DNA of 64,000 nt from Eledone cirrhosa (Eukaryota), in assembly GCA_964016885.1 (NCBI GenBank), contig CAXHJY010000688.1:1-64000 (forward strand). The letters run 5' to 3'. Under the pieces are notes generated by a model. That model made no database searches and was not told the DNA's origin. It was given only the letters and a program-made list of their open reading frames with translations. Position 1 is the first letter of the stretch. Every line of letters starts with the position of its first letter. Shown piece by piece: positions 41,834-53,148 of this stretch. The position numbers were made by a program, and so were the translations under genes.

Positions 41834-42365
41834 ATGCCCACACGGAAACATTCAAGACTTACCTCCAAAAAAGGTACAGCTATTGCTTTGAGACAACGAA
41901 TTAGGCGTTCTCAGGTATGAGTTCATTCACAATTGATTAATCCTTTATGCAATATTCTCCCTTAATGTTAGCAAGTACTGCGTTTATCCTAACTGTCACC
42001 ACTTTTAAGCAACTACAACATTCTAATCGTAGTTATATTAAATTTATTGTCTTACCTTGATTCCCTTTTGTTCATGTTAGACTTTTCTCATTTACTATTG
42101 ACACTGCCATTGGCTTAGCTAACCAGTAGAATTAATTAATTTTCTCTAGGAAACACCTGCTGAGCGCGAATCTCGACTCGCTGATAGACGTCTTTCCCGG
42201 CTGGTTGAGTCACCAACATCACGTACGACAAGGCTTGCTGATGTTCGCCTTCATCGCCAACAAGCGCTGACGGAGGAATCACCAACATCCCGTCAGACGA
42301 GGCTTGAGGCTGTGGCAAAGGGCAATAACCCTAGATACAATTTTGATCAACTTTTTTTCACCTAA
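41834..42365 (+). CDS. Two-exon 98-aa STPR-repeat protein (exons 41834-41914, 42150-42365), Helitron RepHel N-terminus-like
   Basis: MPTRKHSRLTSKKGTAIALRQRIRRSQ | phase-0 intron GTATGA...tttctctAG | ETPAERESRLADRRLSRLV ESPTSRTTRLADVRLHRQQALTE ESPTSRQTRLEAVA...FFT*. Confidence 0.6.
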
Positions 42366-42908
42366 AGCAAATTTACCGGGACAGGTTTTTAGCTACTCAA
42401 ATCTACTTCAGAGATCACGCATTGATGTAAAAAAATCAATAAAACTGAAGCGGGGCTCGACTTTGCGCAAAAAAACAAGGCAAAGTTACACATAGGAAAA
42501 CTTTTTACAGGAACATCCTATATTCTTGAAAACTGTCACAAAAGACTCGCCATTATGCCGCGGTTAAGATAAAGGCCCTTTTAATTCTTCTTCTGCACAT
42601 GTGAGCGCAAAAATTGTAAAAAAAAAAAAACCCTGAAAGTAATCGACATTTTCACCCTGCTTTAAATTAACTGAACATTCAATATCAAGCGATTTTGACT
42701 TCCGTCAGTCGTGCAGAGAACAATTTCAACGATACACTGTAACTACAATTAATAAATTACACACCTGTGTCTACTAACCTATTTTTTTCCATTGAAGTTC
42801 GAAGTTTTGAACCTGTGATGTGCGGGAAGTAACTTTCACATATTCTAACAGACCAAAGGTCGACTTACACCCGGGCAACGCCGGGTACTTCTGCTAGTAT
42901 ATATATAT

Positions 42909-43101
42909 AACGAAGGAAATGTGGTAAGGAACCAGATGGACCATAACGCACGAAAGTACTCAATACTTAAGGTAGTAGAGTGGATAATAGGAACAAGTAT
43001 GACCCCGACGGCAGAGCTCAAGCCGTTTCGACGGCTAATTCTGCGTCCAGAATTAGCCGTCGAAATGGCTTGAGCTCTGCCATCGGGGTCATACTTGTTC
43101 C

Positions 43102-43104
<3 letters not shown>
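42909..43104. mobile_element. Miniature PLE-type foldback, arms 42987-43043 / 43048-43104 plus left tail; relatives at 47527-47676, 49861-49990, 50386-50490
   Basis: Near-perfect 57-bp inverted arms; shared gtggtaaggaaccagatggacc...gtactcaatac tail; flanked by (TA)n. Confidence 0.7.
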
Positions 43105-43132
<28 letters not shown>

Positions 43133-43420
43133 ATCAACATAAGATGATTATTTCATTTACCAGTGGTTTCTTGAAAGCAAATAAATCTGCTTTCAGTCGT
43201 CAGAATGAAAAAATCCTGGTGTTTTTCAAATCCTAGGTTTTTCAAATCCACATTCAATAAAAACACCAGGATTTTTTCATTCTGACGAGTGAAAGCAGAT
43301 TTATTTGCTTTCAAGAAACCACTGGTAAATGACATAATCATCATATGTTGTTTATTACATAAATAAGCTCTGTAACCTACATAGAGCACTCTTTTTTCCT
43401 GGACCTTTCCGACGGAATTA
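43133..43420. mobile_element. Miniature PLE-type foldback carrying hammerheads in both arms
   Basis: 43135-43226 inverted to 43259-43351; right-side tail; (TA)n flanks. Confidence 0.75.
43277..43332 (+). ncRNA. Type I hammerhead ribozyme (mirror copy 43153-43208, minus)
   Basis: tcatt-CTGACGA-g-tgaaagca/gatttatt/tgctttca-a-GAAAC-c-act-g-GTA-aatga; helices I, II and III all form. Confidence 0.75.
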
Positions 43421-43460
43421 CTTCATTTATATATAAATATATATATATGTATATATATAT

Positions 43461-44935
43461 AAGTATAAAAGAGAAAACACAGGTAAGCATTAAGAGAAGG
43501 ATTTTATCCAGGTATTTACGACCATTTCATTGGTAAGTGCAACCTTATATTGCTATACTGCAAATAGCAGCCACTCAATTATAATTGTTGTTCACAGTCC
43601 AAATTTTCAAAATAGTGAGTAAGTTACTCTTGAAATAATTCTTAATATATAGAGAAAAACATTTATTTGGAATTGTATTTACTAGTATAGAGAGAGAGGA
43701 ATCAGAAGGTGAGGGGACAAACGGAATAGTATAGAGAGAGGAAGGGGGAGAGTTAGGAAGTAGAGTGACAAACTGAGATGGAGGGAGGGGTAGAGGTGGA
43801 AGGATTCCTTGATCAGTTTTGATATTCAGACTTCATGTCTTGGAATGTAGTGAGTTAAAGAGAATTAAATTGATCGTAGTGGGAGGGATGGATAGAGAGA
43901 GAGAGAGAGAGGGGAGATATAAAGAGATAAATATATATATAAAGATAAAGATAATAATGACAAAAATAAAAGCAAAGAAGGGGGGAGAAAGAAGAAAAGA
44001 TAGCCAAGAAGGGGAGGGAAGGAAGGAAGAAAACGAAGAAATAGAAGAGGAATGAAAGAGAAGGGGGGGATATAGGTATTGGTTTTTGTGGGTAATTAAA
44101 TAGGCTTAGATACAACAAGAGGGTATAAAGTCTAAGTATATGCAGTTTGTCAGTTGGTAGTAAGAGGTTAAGGGGTTAAGGGTTCGATTTGCACTTGTAA
44201 TGCGAAAACTTCTCTTTGAGTCTATGGTTACAATAAATTGATCTTTCGATTTTATTGTTGAGTAACTTATTCTTCAAACTCAAGATGTGGAACAGCTCAA
44301 GGTCACATAATCGACAGCTTCTCATACCACTCCGATATGGGTGCGCGTGTTCGATAATTTTTTCCACTTCAGGGTGTATTGATGGTTACTTTCCCTCAGT
44401 TGCCAGGTCTTGTTTGCAAGGGTAGTTACCTAACGATGCTGGGAATGTTTCATTGCGTAACGGTGTGTATACCAACAAGCTTTAAATGTATTCCCAGTCG
44501 CTCCGATGTAATACCATTTCTGGTTGTCTGATTCCACTGCGCATTGGTAAACCAGGTTAGAGACTGCATACATTCATTTTGTAATGGACAGGTTTCAGGT
44601 AGGTGGTAGTTACAATTCTCTATATATTAAGAATTATTTCAAGAGTAACTTACTCACTATTTTGAAAATTTGGACTGTGAACAACAATTATAATTGAGTG
44701 GCTGCTATTTGCAGTATAGCAATATAAGGTTGCACTTACCAATGAAACGGTCGTAAATACCTGGATAAAATCCTTCTCTTAATGCTTACCTGTGTTTTCT
44801 CTTTTATACTTTAAGATTGAACGGAATTCTTACAAATTTGTGGAGTTACCCCTAACCGTACGTTGAAACCATCCATGAAACTGGCTTTCTTAACCACGAA
44901 CTGGATCACAAAAAGCAATTTTCTGCTTCCCTAAC
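43461..44935 (-). mobile_element. 5'-truncated PLE: GIY-YIG remnant (44176-44615) between inverted pLTRs 43461-43656 / 44616-44811
   Basis: NCN..CPL, LVYQC..WYYIG, CRLCDLE..LLN..CNHR on minus; ~195-bp near-perfect inverted repeats. Confidence 0.85.
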
Positions 44936-44950
44936 TATATATATATATAT

Positions 44951-46072
44951 AAAGTGAGAGTAGGAATGGAGTTTAGTGAGGAATTCCAGATACAAGTTGG
45001 AGTACATAAGGGTTCGGTCCTCAGCATGCTCTTGTTCATTATAGTCCTCCAAGCCATAACAGAGGAGTTTAAGACCATGGGAACTTCTCTATGCTGACGA
45101 TCTGATACTTATAGCAGAATCGGTAGAGGAGCTAGAGAATAAATTCTGGCTATGGAAACAGCAGTTGGAATCAAGAGGACTGAGCGTGAACCTAGCTAAG
45201 ATTAAAGTGTTTATAAGTAGAAAAGAGGACAAAACTCTGATTCCATCAGGGAAATGGTCATGTTCGATATGTAGGAAAGGAGTTGGCATAAATTCTATAA
45301 AATGTACACAATGCAGATCTTGGGTACAAAAGGGATGTAGTGGGATAGCAGGCAAACTAACAGGTAGGGAAAACTACATATGCAGTAGATGTACAGGGAA
45401 ATTTGACAGTAGAAGTCGCAGTGATAGACACATTTTTCAAATGCAGGTAGGATCTATAGAGGTGGTTGATAGCTTCCGATACCTAGGTGATCAGATTAAC
45501 AACGGAGGAGGGTGCTCCGAGGCCATAGTATCTAGAATAAGGACAGGTTGGAAGAAGTTTAGGGAGCTGCTTCCTCTGTTGACAAAGAAGGGTATCTCCC
45601 TGCGAATGAAAGGCCGGTTATATGATGCTGATGTGCGATGCTGCATAGTAGTGAGATATGGGCAACAACTCCAGAGGATATGCGACAGCTGGAGAGAAAT
45701 GAGGCAAGCATGCTCCGTTGGATGTGCAATGTCAATGTGCATGAATGGCCAAGCATAGATGAGTTGAGAGAGAAGCTGTGTATATGAGGGATAAGTTGTA
45801 GTGTGCTGGAGAGAAGGCTGAGATGGTATGGACATGTGATGCGCATGGAGGATGACCGCTGGGTAAAGAAATGCCAAGAAATCCCAGTAGAAGGAAGATG
45901 CCGTAGAGGAAGACCACGAAAAACATGGGTGGAGGTGGTGAGAGCTGATCTCAGATTGCTTAATCTCACGGAGGAGATGACGAATGACCGTGACAAGTGG
46001 AGAGATGCTGTGTTGAATAGGACCTGTCCCACCCATGCAAGCAGGGAAAAGCAGACGTAAAATGATGATGAT
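44951..46072 (+). mobile_element. RTE family 3, 5'-truncated and decayed
   Basis: YADD ~45090, PHD-like [28 protein letters not shown], (GAT)n tail. Confidence 0.9.
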
Positions 46073-47505
46073 ACATCTCGACTCCTCAGTATTTTCATTG
46101 CTCTAACATCACGCCGACTGAGCTCTTCGCAACCTTCGGCGTCGCGATGACTGTCATCAAACCCGCTGACAAAGGTGGCGCTGTGGTGGTTTGGAGCGCT
46201 GACCTCTATATGGCTGAGGCTCTCCGTAAGCTTCACAATATCCTTTTTTACCGCCCTTTATCCTCTGACCCCACTCCTGGCTACCAACAACTCGTGTCCT
46301 CCACCATCCACGAGCTCATCTCCTCCTCTCACCTACCCCCCACAGCCACCAACCTTATTGTACACCCCCCTCCCACACCCACCATCTACTTCCTTCCCAA
46401 AATACACAAACAAAATAATCCCGGCCGTGCTATCGTTTTGCTTGCAACTGCCCCACTGAGATAATTTTTGAATATTTAGACACCATCCTCGCCCCGTTGG
46501 TCGTCATCGCCCCTCCCACATCCACGATACAAATCATGCCCTTAAACTTTTCAACTCTTTCTCCTTCCCTCCTAGTCCCTCCCGCCTTCTCTTTACCCTG
46601 GACATCACTTCTCTCTATACCGTCATCATAAGGGATGACGGCCTCCGCGTTCTCCAACATTTTTTAGATTTACGCCCTACCCCTTACCCCAGCACTACCA
46701 CTCTTCTCCGTCTGGCTGAGCTTGTTCTCAGCCTTAATGGATTTTCTTTTTCGGGTGAATTTTATCAACAGGTCTCTGGGGTAGCAATGGAAACCAGAAT
46801 GGGTCCAAACTATGCCAACTTCTTTGTTGGCTACGTCGAAGCCCAGATCTTTTCCCAGTATGCTGGACCGACTCCTGAGCTATACGGTCGTTATATCGAC
46901 GACTGTATCAGCGCCACCTCTCTATCACGAGAACAGCTCAACTATTTTTTTGTCCAATGTTCTTTTGTCCAATCTTTCCATCCTGCTCTCAATTTACCAC
47001 CTCCGTCTCCGATTCTTCTGTCGCTTTTCTAGATATCTCTATCTATTAATCACTCTCACCACACCCTCTACTTCCATCTTCATTAAACCAAACAGGCTCC
47101 CAATCTTACGGCAACTTCAACTCCTCCCATCCAATCCACACCAAACACTCCATACCCTATTTCCAATTCCTCCGTCTTCGTCAACTCTGTAACAAGTGGA
47201 GAGATGCTGAGTAGGACCCGTCCAACCCTTGCAAGCAGGGAAAAGCGGACATAAAATGATGATGATGATGATGATTCCCTTCGCATGGCTTCCTGCTTCA
47301 TCCAGCGTGGATATTTTTATCTAAAGACATTTTTCACAATTCCATCCCGCCCATCCCCTCAATCTATCTTATTTCTCATTCTTTCTTCTGATGAAGGACT
47401 AGCGTCCGAAACGTTAAGACCTTCTTCCTGCTATATCAAGCATTAACCTAATATATCCCTTCCATATACTGTACCGATTGTATTGTTATTTCTGTTTACC
47501 TTTTA
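46073..47505 (+). mobile_element. Penelope-like element of a second type; decayed RT with internal deletion and 3' pLTR
   Basis: IKPADKGGAVVVW, YFLPKIHK, FTLDITSLY, GVAM.TRMGPNYANF, RYIDD; hammerhead near the 3' end. Confidence 0.85.
47384..47419 (+). ncRNA. Minimal type I hammerhead ribozyme with palindromic helix III
   Basis: tctt-CTGATGA-a-ggac/tagc/gtcc-GAAAC-GTT-aaga. Confidence 0.75.
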
Positions 47506-47774
47506 CATATATATATATATATATATAAAATGAAGGAGTTGTGGTAAGGAACCAGATGGACCACAACGCACCAGAGTACTCAATACTTAGGGTAGTAGAG
47601 TGGGTAATAGGAAAATGTATGACCCCGATGGCAGAGCTCAAGCCGTTTTTCCGTCGGGGTCATACATTTTCCTATATATATTATATATATATATATATAT
47701 ATAGATACATATGCATATATATATACTTACACGGAGAGAGAGAGAGATACATATACATATATCCGTATGTAGAT

Positions 47775-47965
47775 GACAGGTGAGAGAAAAGAGTACTCAA
47801 TGCCAAAGTAGAGTTTATATATTAAATTGCTATGTAGTGAGCCATCTTATTCTGGAGTTTCACCTGCATACACACAAGATCATCAAACAAGACCGTCTTG
47901 TCTGATGATCCTGTGTGTATGTAGGTGATACTCCAGAGTAAGAAGTTACACTACTTAGCCATAAT
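47775..47965. mobile_element. Decayed miniature PLE foldback with hammerhead remnants
   Basis: Arms ~47820-47893 / 47895-47966; consensus CTGATGA-t-cctg..cagg-t-GAAACtc-ca-gaGTA. Confidence 0.6.
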
Positions 47966-48613
47966 ATATACATATATATACACACAAGTCTGTAACTCTT
48001 TAAAATTTACACACACGCACATATATATATACACAATGCATTTCCTATTTCAGTCATGTTGCTACAATAAGAAGTTCACTTTTCAACCACAAGGACCTAG
48101 GTCCTAACCCTACATTTGTCCAAATAAACTTATTTCTAGAAAGTTACTTGTATATTTAATCTTGTGTATCATTTGTCCATATTTTCTAAGCATTTATGTA
48201 ATTATATCCTAGGAATAGATTATTAAAGTATCATCTTTATTTTAAATCATTTCCATGTGTCAAGAATTAACAAACTATGGGGTTTCTTTTATGCAAACCA
48301 TAAAAATACAAATTTCCCAATTTGTATGATTGTTCATATATTCAGTAATCCTGGTATATATGGCATACCAATCCTGCACTCTAAAATCTAAATACATTTG
48401 GTGCTCTTGCTACTAGTATTATAATAATTTCATTTGAGTAGGCATCAAACATTTTTGTAGTAGAGGCATAGTCAATTGAATAGATTTGGTATAATACTGG
48501 TATTCTATCAATTGCAGGGTAGGGTTGAAAGGTAAAATTAAGCCTGTAGAATGTGAATTCAGAATGATAAAATTAAATAATCTATGTCATCACTTCAGCA
48601 CTTCTATTAATTC

Positions 48614-48830
48614 ACAACCCTGATAAAGATTTCACACTGGTTGCTGTTGAGACCTCAGGCATCTTCAGACCCCACACTGCCAAACTCCTCAGTAAAATCA
48701 GATCGTCAGCAGCCCATCTGAGGAAGGAACCCCACGAGGTGGAGTGGCTGTTGCAACAAGTATCGCTGGCCATTGTCTGCAGAACACTGTCCAAACACTG
48801 CCCAACCTCAGGCATAAAGACTATCACCTC
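48614..48830 (+). pseudogene. CRE-type non-LTR C-terminal relic
   Basis: FTLVAVETSGIFRPHTAKLL...EVEWLLQQVSLAIV. Confidence 0.6.
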
Positions 48831-49611
48831 CTCTTCCCTTTCTTTCCTGGCCTCATAGTCCTTGATTTTTCCCTCCTTTTCCTTTCATGGCATTTATAGC
48901 CCTTTCTCCTACTTTCCTATACAGTCAGATTTGCCCTTCTTTATCCCCCACCCACCCCACCCATCCCACCCTGCTGTTTGTTGCTTGGTTATGTTTTTAT
49001 CCCATTTTTTCTTTCATATATTTCCATCAATATTTGTAATGTTATTTATAGAATTTTGAATTAAAAAAAAAGTTACATAAACACATAAGTTAAAGAGTTA
49101 AACTAAACAATTCTATTTCTGTCCAGTTTAAAATATATTTTTATACACCCGATTATGTATAATAATAAGCCTCCTTCTTATTGTGTAGCTAACAAGTTAC
49201 ATTCTTTCATAGCTCTTCTCAGAAGTTATAGCACAAAGCATGTCATCTCTTAATAACTATTCTCAGAAGTTACATCAAAAAAACATGTTATCTCTAAATG
49301 ACACCAATAACCTGTCGAATTTAATTCATTCAAATGACCTTGGTAAATCTAACTTGAAACCCTGTTAAAATGTAAACAAGAACAAACTATTCTTGGTGTG
49401 AATGTACCATCATGAATTTGGTAAAAAAAAAAATTGTGAAAAAAGGTGGTCTACTTTGATAGTAAATTAGAGTAAATAGTAGAAGAGAGCAACTTGATAA
49501 CTTGATTCTTGGTGGTGGCCAAACACTAACTGCAACTCAATTATACTATTTAGACATTTCTATATTTCTAATGACCTCATATCTTTGATGTTTGTACACT
49601 AGACAATTCTT

Positions 49612-49800
49612 AGGTGGTGGTGGATTGGCAGTATCAGTAGAGATTCGGACTCCATGCCTTCCAGCATAGTTACGTCTCTTTACGATCTGAGTTCAAATCC
49701 CGCCGAGGTTGACTTTGCCTTTCCTCCTTACGGGGTCGATAAAATAAAGTACCAGTAATGCACTGGGTTATTGCTGGCCTTGTGCCTAATGTAGAAACAA
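49612..49800 (+). mobile_element. tRNA-derived SINE
   Basis: tggcagtatcagtagag A-box-like, gagttcaaatcc B box, conserved gcctttc.tcctt.cggggtcgataaaataaagtaccag domain. Confidence 0.8.
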
Positions 49801-50139
49801 TTATTATCCAATCTTCAAATGTCCTATTTTAACACACAAACATGTATATATATATATATAAAGGAATTGTGGTAAGGAACCAGATGGACCATAACGCACC
49901 AGAAATACTCAATACTTAGGGTAGTAGAGTGGGAAATAGTAAAAAGTATGACCCCGACGGCAGAGCTCAAGCCGTTTCGACGGCTATTTCTTGGTGGCCC
50001 TTGAAATATGTATAATGAAATAAATATGGTTTTATAAATATAGTTTCAATTTGTTAATATATTGTATATTTACTCCAATAATTTGTTGAGTGGTTTATAT
50101 CAGTTATAAAAATATTTTGCTTGTTGTATCCCAACAAAT

Positions 50140-50169
<30 letters not shown>

Positions 50170-50176
<7 letters not shown>

Positions 50177-50353
50177 GCTTCTACAGGACTAGAACTGTTT
50201 CATTCGTGAGAAATCATCAGGAAGCTCCTGATGATTTCTCACAAATGAAACAGTTCTAGTCCTGTAGAAGCTCTTCTATATTAAAACTTTTATACTCTGC
50301 TATGTATTGAGTACCTTACTTACTGTGGTTACCTCCGATTCAACCCGGAACAA

Positions 50354-50355
<2 letters not shown>
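50170..50355. mobile_element. Miniature PLE foldback with hammerhead (50175-50227, minus)
   Basis: Minus: gagcttc-CTGATGA-tttctcacgaat-GAAACAG-ttctagtc-CTGTA-gaagctc; inverted arm to ~50278, then tail. Confidence 0.7.
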
Positions 50356-50390
<35 letters not shown>

Positions 50391-50489
50391 AAAGAGTCAG
50401 GACCCCAACAGCTGAGCTCTGGCTGTTTCGACAGCTAGATTCGAACGTTATGTTATGGTCCACATGGTATCTTACCACACCTTTTTTGT

Positions 50490-50521
<32 letters not shown>

Positions 50522-50602
50522 TACACTGGCGGCAGCACCACTCATGTCTAAGTTTGGGTTTGGTTTTTCAGGCACCTTCACGATGCTTCAACCTGAAGCT
50601 GA

Positions 50603-50845
50603 CATGGACTGGGTGCCTTTTTTGTCATGTCACCAGCACAATCACCTTACAGTATGGACTGGGTGCCTTTTTTGTCATGTCACCAGCACAATCACCTTAC
50701 AGTATGGACTGGGTGCTTTTTGTCATGTCACCAGCACAATCACCTTACAGTATGGACTGGGTGCTTTTTGTCATGTCACCAGCACAATCACCTTACAGTA
50801 TGGACTGGGTGCTTTTTATCATGTCCCCAGCTCAACCACCTTACA
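50603..50845. repeat. ~49-bp tandem repeat x5 derived from an RTE 3' UTR subrepeat
   Basis: atggactgggtgc(c)tttttgtcatgtcaccagcacaatcaccttacagt repeated. Confidence 0.9.
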
Positions 50846-52092
50846 GCCGAATGTAGCAAATAAACTATTTATTGAATCAATATAAAAGAATTAACAAAAT
50901 TCTCATTTTTCGATAATCGTGAATAGTGATATTTTTTCTCCAAACCAATGACAAGCAGATGTTTTGATGAAAAAAGCCTTATTCCAGTGAAACATGTCAA
51001 CAATTAGTTTCTTACCTGCTTCATAAGGTCTATAAGTACATTGTGCCATTTAACAATATAACCCCCATGTCAATAATATTTAGAAAATATGTATAGCCAA
51101 AATTATGTCAATATAACCATCGTCATAATATTACAAATAAAAGAGAAAAAAGAAAAAGAAAAGGAAAGAGGAAAAAAAAAACACACACACAACTAGGACC
51201 ACATGCAACAAAAAGCAGGCGAAAGGGGTGGACAAACAAAGCGCTACCCGAACAAAAGATAACGAATTCCATTGACTCTTTAGAAAATGAGAACTCACTG
51301 CCAAACCTCAAAAGCTCAATCACAAATGTTTTTAGGTTGGGCTATCTCTGCATATCTTTCTTTTATTTGTAAGGTTGAAAATATAAAAATAGATGCTTAG
51401 ACCTTTATTTTGTTTTAGCTATAACTATAAAAACCATGCTGTAGCACTGCATAAGGTTAATCTATAAACAAAACTAATTTTTCATTTTTTTTTTTTTTTT
51501 TGTTATTGAATTGATACATATTTACTGGTGGATGGAGTACACAAGGCGAACCCTTCTATAATTAAAAGTATTCCAACCATGACTAACTCTTTCTATATCT
51601 AGGAAGATATTATCCACTATAACCTATATTTAAGAGTATAAAGAAGAGAAAAGTTGGCTGTTATTTCCAGTAGGTCAAGCAACCATATAAACGCTTCCTC
51701 ATTGATTCATTCTAGGAGTATTGAAAGGACACGTGTGTTGTAGTTTGGTAGCAAAAAGGTAATCCTAATAACTTCCTGAAACAGCTGTTTCTATGATATC
51801 CAGCCCAAAACTGTGGCTACGCTTGACATCCAGTACCAGGCTCCAAAACTATGGTTCCACTGTGAGACGGGTTCAGCATGGCCAACTGGCCTGTCCCCAC
51901 TCATAATGGCGCTATCCAGTTCCACAGTGTAAATGTGATGGGTGTTAGGAAGAAAGGGCATCCAGCTGTAAAATACTAGCCAACTCTGGCCAAACTTGCC
52001 TCCCAGCCAGGACAACCCGTCTGACCCATACAAGCATGGAAAAATGGATACTAAACAGAGATGATGATGATGATTTTATATATATATATATA

Positions 52093-53111
52093 TTTCGTTT
52101 CTGAATTTGTTTAGCAAGATTCTTTATCTGAAAACGTGTGTTGAAACCGATATTGTTATACTTTGGGAGGGTCATGTTGCCAATAAGAAACACACGCACC
52201 AGTTGCTTTCACTTCAATTTATTATAAATTAAATTTATAAATTTAGGAATTTATAAATTTCCGCTTGGTTGGGTGGTTCCACAACCAGACGATTGTTCAT
52301 ATATTGTCAGTTCTTTCGTCACACATTCTGTGACCTCTTCAGTGACTGGGGATTCTTTTCTTTGTTTTTGTGCCTCTCCTTTGTTCTGTTCTACGCCATC
52401 TTGTTTTTGTGTGTGTTGTGTGCTTAGTTTGCACATGTGTTACATCCGGGTGTCTGTGTGTGTTTATATTTGTTTATTTATTTGTTTATTTACATGTTAC
52501 TGGTTGGTTGTTTGTTCTATGTGCGTGTGTGTTTTCATTTTGTCCTTAATTTTAAGTTGTGATGTTGCTGTTCCACTCATGTTTTCTATTTAATTTTGGT
52601 TGTAATTCATTTATGTTTATTGCCTCTGTGATTTGTCTAAACATTGCGTCACAGAGGCAATAAACATAAATGAACTCCAACCAAAATTAAATAGAAAGCA
52701 TGAATGGAATAGCAACATCACAACTTACAATTAAGGACAAAATGAAAACACACACGCACATAGAACAAACAACCAACCAGTAACATGTAAATAAACAAAT
52801 AAATAAACAAATATAAACACACACAGACACCCGGATGTAACACATGTGCAAACTAAACACAAAATCAAGATGGCGTAGAACAGAACAAAGGAGAGGCACA
52901 AAAACAAAGAAAAGAATCCCCAGTCACTGAAGAGGTCACAGAATGTGTGACGAAAGAACTGACAATATATGAACAATCGTCTGGTTGTGGAACCACCCAG
53001 CCAACTGGAAATTTATAAATTCCTAAATTTATAAATTTAATTTATAATAAATTGAAGTGAAAGCAACTGGTGCATGTGTTTCTTATTGGCAACATGACCC
53101 TCCCAAAGTAT

Positions 53112-53119
<8 letters not shown>
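52093..53119. mobile_element. ~970-bp palindromic PLE-type element (arms 52150-52631 / 52649-53119, left tail)
   Basis: Near-perfect ~475-bp inverted arms with a 17-bp spacer; hammerhead-like gtca-CTGAAGA-g-gtcaca/tgtgac-GAAA at 52923-52963. Confidence 0.8.

Positions 53120-53148
<29 letters not shown>

Larger units (their letters stand above)
40389..42897 (+). mobile_element. Non-autonomous Helitron
   Basis: A|TCTATATATATAAAG 5' end; 3' hairpin acccgg-gcaacg-ccgggt then CTAG|T; RepHel-like N-terminal remnant inside. Confidence 0.85.

Noticed and set aside
44700-44762. Hammerhead in the pLTR of the PLE at 43461-44935
   Set aside because: The GAAAC..GTA half is present but no CTGANGA box in either arm
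51010-51330. Possible host exon (minus-strand CAGGTAAG donor at ~51011-51018)
   Set aside because: No convincing acceptor or coding frame; cannot be supported without transcripts
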